35,713 bases of DNA from a bacterium. GTDB taxonomy: Bacteria; SZUA-182; DTGQ01; JAFGSM01. The stretch spans positions 1 to 35,713 of the forward strand of contig JBLIRP010000035.1 of NCBI GenBank assembly GCA_049472355.1. Direction: 5' to 3'. Made by a program: the position numbers and the translations under genes. The notes under the pieces are model-generated. The model saw only the letters and a program-made list of their open reading frames with translations, did no database searches and was not told the origin of the DNA. Every line of letters begins with the position of its first letter. Position 1 is the first letter of the stretch. This document shows, in pieces, positions 8,984-16,400 of the stretch.

Positions 8984-11900
8984 ATGAAATCCACCATCAA
9001 GGGATATCATCTCATTCTGATCGCCGTAATCACCGCAATCCTCACCCTTGCCCCCCGAGCCTGGGCCGAATGGGAGCAGTTCGATCCCAATAGAACCGAA
9101 AATTTCCCTTCCTCCCGCATCGTCAGCCTGGCAGCGGACCCCAACAGGGTGTGGGTCGCAACCGACGAGGGGCTGGTGGATATGCTCCTGGAGGATCCGA
9201 ACGAAGAATGGACGGATCATAGCCTGATTGATTCCTCATATACCCCCATTACCGCCATGAACATAGACCAGGATGCGCTCCTTTGGCTCGGGACCCCTCT
9301 GGGGTTGGTCTCATATGATCCTGACAATCTCCTCGATCCGAACAATCCCAGGGTATACACTGAAATTAATCTTTTCGACCCCAATGAAATCGTTGACATC
9401 GAGGCGGATGCCAATTACGTATGGATCGCAAGAACGGCCAATTTGGACGACAATGACGGTCTCCACAGCTTTAACAAATCGACACATAACTTTACGCTTT
9501 ACAGACACGATACATCATTATTTGACTCCATCTCCTGCCGGGGGGTTGCCTCGGCTGATGATGATGATGTATGGGCGCTCCCATTACTCTTCGGCGTCTA
9601 CCGCTACACGGTCAGCGGCAATACATGGGATTATTTCCTCCCATCCGGATGGTCGACACTCGTCTTCGACAGCATCGAGATGGGGAACGCCAATGACCTG
9701 TGGTTGGGCAGTGGCAATTCCGGCCTGTGGCGATTTCAGCCTGATCCGAACGTATGGGCACACTGGGCGGCATCCGAGTATGGTCTTCCCTCTGACAGCA
9801 TCATGGCGCTCGGCGTCTACGATGATGCAAACCGGGTCATTGTGGTCACCAATGAGGGGATTGCTCGCTATGACCTCGATCTCGACCTGTGGCAGCCCAT
9901 CGGTCCCCCTGCCGACGTTGACCTGGAAGACCAGGTGATCACCCATGTCCTGGTGGACACCGTGGACTCCTCGAACCACCAGGTTTGGTTCGGCACCCAG
10001 AATGGGGGGCTCTACCGGTGGAAGGAGGGTGCGCTCATCTGGACGAGCCCGGCGAACGGGAGCGTGGAGGTGTCCCTGGATACCAACAGCATCGAGGTGG
10101 TGTTCAACGAGCGTATCGACGACAGCACCATCGATCTGGGCGGAGCCGGAAGCAGCCTGACCTTCGAGATGCTCGACGAGAATCTCGTCCTTATCAACGA
10201 TCCCAACATATACGACCCGAATGACTTCACCTGGCACTTCCGTGATCCCAATAATAACACCCATCTCATCATCGAGCCGAAGGAGGCGGGGTACCAGCTC
10301 CATCCCAACACCTACTACCGTTTCAAGTTTACCTCGGCCATCCTGGATCAATCCGCTTCACCAATCCTGAACGTCGACAAGGAGCTGCAGTTCAAGACCC
10401 TCGTCCCGCCGGAGGTGACTGATACCGATCCCAATAATAACGAGACCGGCGTGGCCCTGGATGCCACGATCACCATCACGTTCAACAAGCTGATGGATCA
10501 TGCCAGCTTTTTCTTGGGTTATCCGTCGAATACGCGACTTCAGCGTTTCGTAGACCCCGTGCAATACCCCGTGCATAACATCTACGGGGACGAGGCCAGC
10601 TTTGTTGATGCGAACAACCAGAGCATCCTTACCATAGACGTGACCGGAGGATTCTTCCCTGGGAGCGAGTACACCCTGAGAATCATCAAGGATGTGACCG
10701 ACCTCTCCGGGAACCCCCTCAGCGAGGACCTTGTCCTGACCTTCACCACCGTTCCCGCGCCCGAGGTCACGAGCCTCGAACCTGCCGATGGCGCGGAGAA
10801 TGTTTCGTGGGATACGAACATTGTGGTCAGCTTCAGCGAATCAATGGACACGGGCTCGGTGCAGGACCACTTCAGCATCTCGCCCGGGGTGACCACCGGC
10901 ACCTTCGCTTGGTTTGACGCAAACACACGGGTGTCCTTTCAGCCTTCGGCACCCCTTGACTATGCGACCACCTATCAGGTCACCATCGATGCGAATGCGG
11001 TCGATGAAAACGGGATTCCCCTGGGGGCCGACTACACCTGGTCATTTACCACCCTTGCCGATCCCGATGACGTTTCCGTGGTTTCAGCGTTTCCTGATCC
11101 GAACGAGACCGCCGCATCCATCTATACGGAGGTCCGGGTGCTCTTCACCCAGGCGATGAACACCGCGAGCGTGGAGGGTGCCTTCAGCCTGCTCGACGAA
11201 AGCCTCGCCAGCGTCCCGGGGGCCTTTACCTGGAGCGCCGATTCGAAGGAGTTTCACTTCGCCCCGACAAATCCCCTGGAGGACGGCGGGACCTACACGG
11301 CCGCCGTAACAACTGCCGCCCGGTCGGTATCGTTAGGACACCTCGATCCGAACGTGGAGTGGGCCTTCACCTGCGTGCTCCCCACCGCGTATCCGGTTGA
11401 TCCGAACCAGGCATGGCCTGCCGTTGCCATCGATCCCAATGGTATCACGATTGATCCCAACGACATCGGGTTCTCCGCTATGGGCATCAGCCCTGCGGAC
11501 GGGAGCCTCTGGACCGGACTCGCCTCCATCGATCCCAACACCGGGATCTGGACGGGGCTCGGGCTGTATCACTACGATGGAATCGAGTGGACGCACTATA
11601 CTGCATCCGATCCCAACTGCGGGCTGACCAGCGATGCGGTCACCGACATCGCCTTTGACAGCATGGGGAACGTGTGGGTGGCAACGGAGCCGGATCCCAA
11701 CAATACCGGCGGCGGGATAGCCCGGTTCGACGGCGAGGAGTGGTCGCTCTATTCCCCTGGTATCGATCCCAACCAGTTCTATATCGTGAACAGGGCGGGA
11801 CTGACCCCTGAGGCCATCCAACTGTTTTTCAGGGTCAATGCCGTCGATGTGTATCCCGCAGGCACCGGGGACCTGATCTGGATCGCCACCACCGGAGGGA

Positions 11901-13354
11901 TCGGTGTGGGACAATACGATCCCAACATAGGGGCGGATGGGGATTGGAAGTGGACCGCCAAGGCTGATCCCCAGACACTGCACGTGCTCGCCGTGGACCC
12001 GGTCACCGGCACCATCTGGCTGGAGAGCGGAAACCCGATCTGGGACCCGGACGACCCTTGCAATTACATTGCCGGGATCGATGCACTGAAATTCGCCGAC
12101 TACCTGGATGAGTGGCCCGAGGTGTGGGACCCCAACATATGGGCATGGAACCCGAACGGGGGGCTGCCCAAGGTCAGGATGCTCGGTCAGGTGCGCCCCT
12201 TCCTGAGGGGCATGACTGCGGATGGAAACCGCAACCTCTGGCTTGCCGCTTACGACGGGCTCTACGCCATAAACATAGACAACCTGCTCCTGGGGGTATG
12301 CGATTTTGCAGCGTATGACTACACCGATACCGCCGGCGGGCTTCTGTACGATTCCATTTACGGGGTGACGGTGAGCCCCGATGATCCGAACACGCTCTGG
12401 GTGATCACCTCGGCCGATCCGAACCAGGGGGCGGGCATCAGCAGCTATGATGTCACCGCGCCCGTCGGCTCTCCCGAGAGCTGGGCCCGGTACACCTTTG
12501 AGGGTGATGATGTGTTCGCCGCCTACCCGATCAAAAACGGCGGCGTCATGGCGGGGACCGGCGAGGGGCTTTTGATTGTCGGCGACGACGGCAGCCCGTC
12601 GGTTGCCACCTCCTATCCCTCCGATCCCAACACGAATATACCGGTCGGGGGACCGTACTGGGTGCAATTTTCCGAATTGATGGATACCGATACCGCTGAG
12701 GATGCCTTCTCCCTAAGGGATGTACACTCCATTGCGGTTACAGGGTCATTTGCGTGGGAGAGCGCACGACTCGTATTCACCCCGAGCAGCAGCCTGGTTT
12801 CCAGCAGTGTCTATACCATGAGGGTGGATCCCAATGCCGCCGATCTTTCCGGCAACCTGCTTGGCCAAGCCTATCAGGTGAGCTTCAGGACCTCCTCCGG
12901 GTGGATTGCGTCCACCAGCCCCTACCAGGGGGAGCACGGGGTCGGTATTGCGGCGCAGGTGGTCATAAACTTTGACCGGGCCATGGATCCGAACAGCGTT
13001 CAGAACGCCTTCTGCCTCAAGATAGACCCAAGTTATGGAGCGCATTCCTGTATTGATGGCTCCTTCACCTGGGACCAGAATAACACGGTCCTCACCTTTA
13101 ATCCCGACGAGGACCTGGACCAGGGGACCCTTTACCTGATGACCATTGATGATACCGCCACCGATGATGGCGGGACACCGTTGCCGGAGATGTTCACCCT
13201 GCAGTTTACCACGGCCTTCGCCACCAGGGTGCTCAGGTTTTCTGAGGTGGAATGTTTCATACAGAGCGTTGAGGAGAAAGACGCCGGTATTGTTGAAAGG
13301 ATGCGGAATCTGTTCCGTTTTATTGTCACTCGTGCGACAGGCTCGGAACCGTAA
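8984..13354 (+). CDS. large secreted protein: two beta-propeller (Reg_prop-like) regions, about six SbsA/Big_5-like Ig domains and a C-terminal CFI motif; DPN-rich
   Basis: Signal peptide (…APRAWA|EW). Propeller blades such as VTDIAFDSMGNVWVAT and LWLGT..GL. Big_5-like units such as PEVTSLEPADGAENVSWDTNIVVSFSESMD...PLDYATTYQVTI...WSFTT. ECFIQSV lies near the C-terminus. Strong RBS (GAGGAG). Confidence 0.85.
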   Translation: MKSTIKGYHLILIAVITAILTLAPRAWAEWEQFDPNRTENFPSSRIVSLAADPNRVWVATDEGLVDMLLEDPNEEWTDHSLIDSSYTPITAMNIDQDALLWLGTPLGLVSYDPDNLLDPNNPRVYTEINLFDPNEIVDIEADANYVWIARTANLDDNDGLHSFNKSTHNFTLYRHDTSLFDSISCRGVASADDDDVWALPLLFGVYRYTVSGNTWDYFLPSGWSTLVFDSIEMGNANDLWLGSGNSGLWRFQPDPNVWAHWAASEYGLPSDSIMALGVYDDANRVIVVTNEGIARYDLDLDLWQPIGPPADVDLEDQVITHVLVDTVDSSNHQVWFGTQNGGLYRWKEGALIWTSPANGSVEVSLDTNSIEVVFNERIDDSTIDLGGAGSSLTFEMLDENLVLINDPNIYDPNDFTWHFRDPNNNTHLIIEPKEAGYQLHPNTYYRFKFTSAILDQSASPILNVDKELQFKTLVPPEVTDTDPNNNETGVALDATITITFNKLMDHASFFLGYPSNTRLQRFVDPVQYPVHNIYGDEASFVDANNQSILTIDVTGGFFPGSEYTLRIIKDVTDLSGNPLSEDLVLTFTTVPAPEVTSLEPADGAENVSWDTNIVVSFSESMDTGSVQDHFSISPGVTTGTFAWFDANTRVSFQPSAPLDYATTYQVTIDANAVDENGIPLGADYTWSFTTLADPDDVSVVSAFPDPNETAASIYTEVRVLFTQAMNTASVEGAFSLLDESLASVPGAFTWSADSKEFHFAPTNPLEDGGTYTAAVTTAARSVSLGHLDPNVEWAFTCVLPTAYPVDPNQAWPAVAIDPNGITIDPNDIGFSAMGISPADGSLWTGLASIDPNTGIWTGLGLYHYDGIEWTHYTASDPNCGLTSDAVTDIAFDSMGNVWVATEPDPNNTGGGIARFDGEEWSLYSPGIDPNQFYIVNRAGLTPEAIQLFFRVNAVDVYPAGTGDLIWIATTGGIGVGQYDPNIGADGDWKWTAKADPQTLHVLAVDPVTGTIWLESGNPIWDPDDPCNYIAGIDALKFADYLDEWPEVWDPNIWAWNPNGGLPKVRMLGQVRPFLRGMTADGNRNLWLAAYDGLYAINIDNLLLGVCDFAAYDYTDTAGGLLYDSIYGVTVSPDDPNTLWVITSADPNQGAGISSYDVTAPVGSPESWARYTFEGDDVFAAYPIKNGGVMAGTGEGLLIVGDDGSPSVATSYPSDPNTNIPVGGPYWVQFSELMDTDTAEDAFSLRDVHSIAVTGSFAWESARLVFTPSSSLVSSSVYTMRVDPNAADLSGNLLGQAYQVSFRTSSGWIASTSPYQGEHGVGIAAQVVINFDRAMDPNSVQNAFCLKIDPSYGAHSCIDGSFTWDQNNTVLTFNPDEDLDQGTLYLMTIDDTATDDGGTPLPEMFTLQFTTAFATRVLRFSEVECFIQSVEEKDAGIVERMRNLFRFIVTRATGSEP

Positions 13355-13420
13355 AGAGATCTCGCCATGACGGGATTGATTGACGGTCGCATGATTTAAC
13401 CTGCAACACAGAGGTACTCT

Positions 13421-16400
13421 ATGATGCGCAGTCCAACACGGGATCGCAGCAGGGTCCTGATAATGATCGTATGCCTTGTGGTCGTGATCACCTGCATGTG
13501 CACCTGCGGCTATGCCGCGGAGATCGACGTCCTTCCGGGGAATGTATATGAGTTTCCGCAGGACCCGAACCGCAGGACCAATAACAAACCCAATACGAGG
13601 ATTGCCTCGAACGGCGAGGGATATCTCTGCGTATGGCAGGAGCATGACGGCGGGGCCAGGGATGTCTATGCACGGCGGCTTGACCAGGAGGGTGTCGTTC
13701 AGGGAGATCCCGTGATTGTCGGCTCCGTTGCCGGAAATCAAAGAAACCCGGATGTCGGCTCCGACGGCGAGCGCTACCTCGTCGTATGGGCGGACGGCAG
13801 GAATGAGGATCCGAACAACAATGTGGGTCTGGATATCTACGGCGCTATTATCAGTGACCAGGGGACCGTGGTGGATGAGATTGCCATCGCAACGGGCTCG
13901 GGGAGCCAGAACTTTCCCAAGGTAAAATGGCACGGCGATCACTATCTGGTCGTGTGGGAGGATTGGACGGGGCATGACGCCGAGAAGGGCAAGGTCGCCC
14001 TGTACGGCACAAGACTGGATGCGGGCGGCGCCTTCATCGACGAGGATTCCGTGGAGATCACCACGGACATGGCGTACAACAAAAAGGGGATCAGGCCCTG
14101 CTTCGATATCGCCTCGATCGAGGACCCCAACGGGGTGTCCTGGATCGTTGCCTGGAGCGGGAGTGTGCAGGATCCCTCCGAATACGGCCTGGATATCCTG
14201 GCTCGCTTCCTCCAGGTGGACCCCAACGACACGCTTGCGTTGTCCCCCCTTCTTGCCCAGATTCCCATCTCCGGCCTGGATCAATACAACCCATCGGTGG
14301 AAGGGCTGGAGGGCCAGTTTCTGGTTGTCTGGGAGCAATGGGCGGACGACGAGGGGACCGATACGGATGTCTTGGGTATCATGCTCAATATGCAAGGGGG
14401 GGTCGCCGGGGGGCTCATCAATATCGGCTCTGCCCCCAAAAAACAGCGCTACCCCGAGCTGGCGACCAATGGGAGTGGCTTTCTCGCCGTGTGGCTGGAT
14501 CAGCGGGAATCCACCTCCGAACAATCAGTTGAGCACATCTACGGGATCCGTATCTCACCCGAAGGGTTCCTCCTCCAGGATGACCCCGCATCATTCGGCG
14601 GCACACGCCTCAGCGAGGATGCAAACCAGGTCATCTGGCTGACCGACGTTGCCACCCCCGGGGGAGATGATGACCGCTATTTCTGCTTTTGGTCGGCACG
14701 AAGCGACGATGTGTGGACCCTGCGGGGAAGGATGTACGATCCTCCCCCCCCGCCCTGGCTGGAATGGGCGGGGATCGACGACTACGAGGAAGACGGGGTC
14801 AATCCGGACCAGGCCGCCGGAGGGAGCGACTTCACCTTCAAGGTGAAATATTTCTCGGATCCGGAGATCAATGAAGGGCCCGACGTCGCCCAGGTATGGA
14901 TCGACCTGGACGGCAGCGGGAGCTTCGGGAGTGACGAGCGTTTCGATATGTCCGCAGAGGGCTCGGGCGATTTTACGCTCGGCAGGGTATACACACTCCA
15001 GAAAAAGATCCTCTATGACGGGGAGGGGACCCTCGGCTACCGCTTCTTTTTTGCCGATGCCTATAACGTGGCCACCGGCGATCCGGCGGAGGGTGATACC
15101 TTCGAGGTGGATCTGGTGGGGAAGCGGCCATTCCTGGACTGGACCGAAGAGGTGGGCTTCACCGCTGACGGCGCGAGACCCGACGGAATCCGGTGGGGGG
15201 AGAGCGCCTCCTTTGAATTCCGCGTCCTGTACCAGGATGAAAATAATGATGCACCGCCGACCACGAGGCTGTGGGTGGACCGGAATGCGGATGGATACTA
15301 CGATCCGAACCACGAGGTCTGGGACATGACGGCGAGCGGGTCCGACTATAAGAATGGTGAGATCTTCACCACGACGATCACCCTGGAATCGGGCGTAGTA
15401 ACCACCATGCCCTACCGGTTTGAATTCGATGACGGGAAAAACCGTTCAACCGGGGAGCCCAGGTCCGGAAGCTATCTCAGCTTCAATCCCCTGGGTGAAA
15501 CCGCCGCCTGCCTGAACACCCATCAACAGCTCTTTCCTGCCGTCACCGTCACCCTTGACGGGTACCAGGTATTCTGGCAGGACAGCCGGGATTGGGAGCT
15601 TGACGCCAATGACACCCTGATCGTGCGAAGCCATGTCTTCATGGAGCTGCTCGACGGGAATATGCGAGTGATGGATGCCGCAGGCGAGCCGGGCCAGACA
15701 AAACTGGATACGGGAGACACGGGAGCCTTCAAGCCTTCCGCCATCCACAGCAAGGCAACGGGCACAACCCTGGTGATCTGGGAGGACCTGAGAAACGGCG
15801 CCACGATAAAACCTCCGGAGGATGCCGGAAACGACTTCAAGCCCGAATCCATATACGAGGGGCTGGACATATATGGGATATTCCTGGATGGGGACGGAAC
15901 AGCCTTAACCGACACGACCGCTGCCAATGAGGCGGGGGAATTCATCATCGCCGATGCAAGCGACATTTCAGATCCGAATATCGGCCGGAATGTGCTGAAT
16001 CCCGCCATGGCCATGGGGGAGAACGGTCAGTACCTGGTTGCGTGGGAGGATGAGTCCAGGATAAACAGGCAGCGGAAGACCGATATCTATGCACGTTTCG
16101 TGGAACATCCCGCAGGCGCCTCCGGGGAGATATTCTCCCTGAAGATCAACAACTGGGTGGCACAGGGAGGGGACGTAGGGGACGAGCACCAGCTCCTGCC
16201 GAGGGTTGCCTGGAACGGCGAATACTACATGGTGGTATGGCAGGACATTGCCGATGCCTCTCCCAGCGTGGGTTATAATCACAGCCGGGTCTACGGCATG
16301 CGGATCTCTCCCGGGGGGAATTTGCATCCGGAGGAGGTGGGATTCAATCTGTTCGACGAGGACTTCAGAAGTGATCCGAACCAGAATCGGAATCAGCTCC

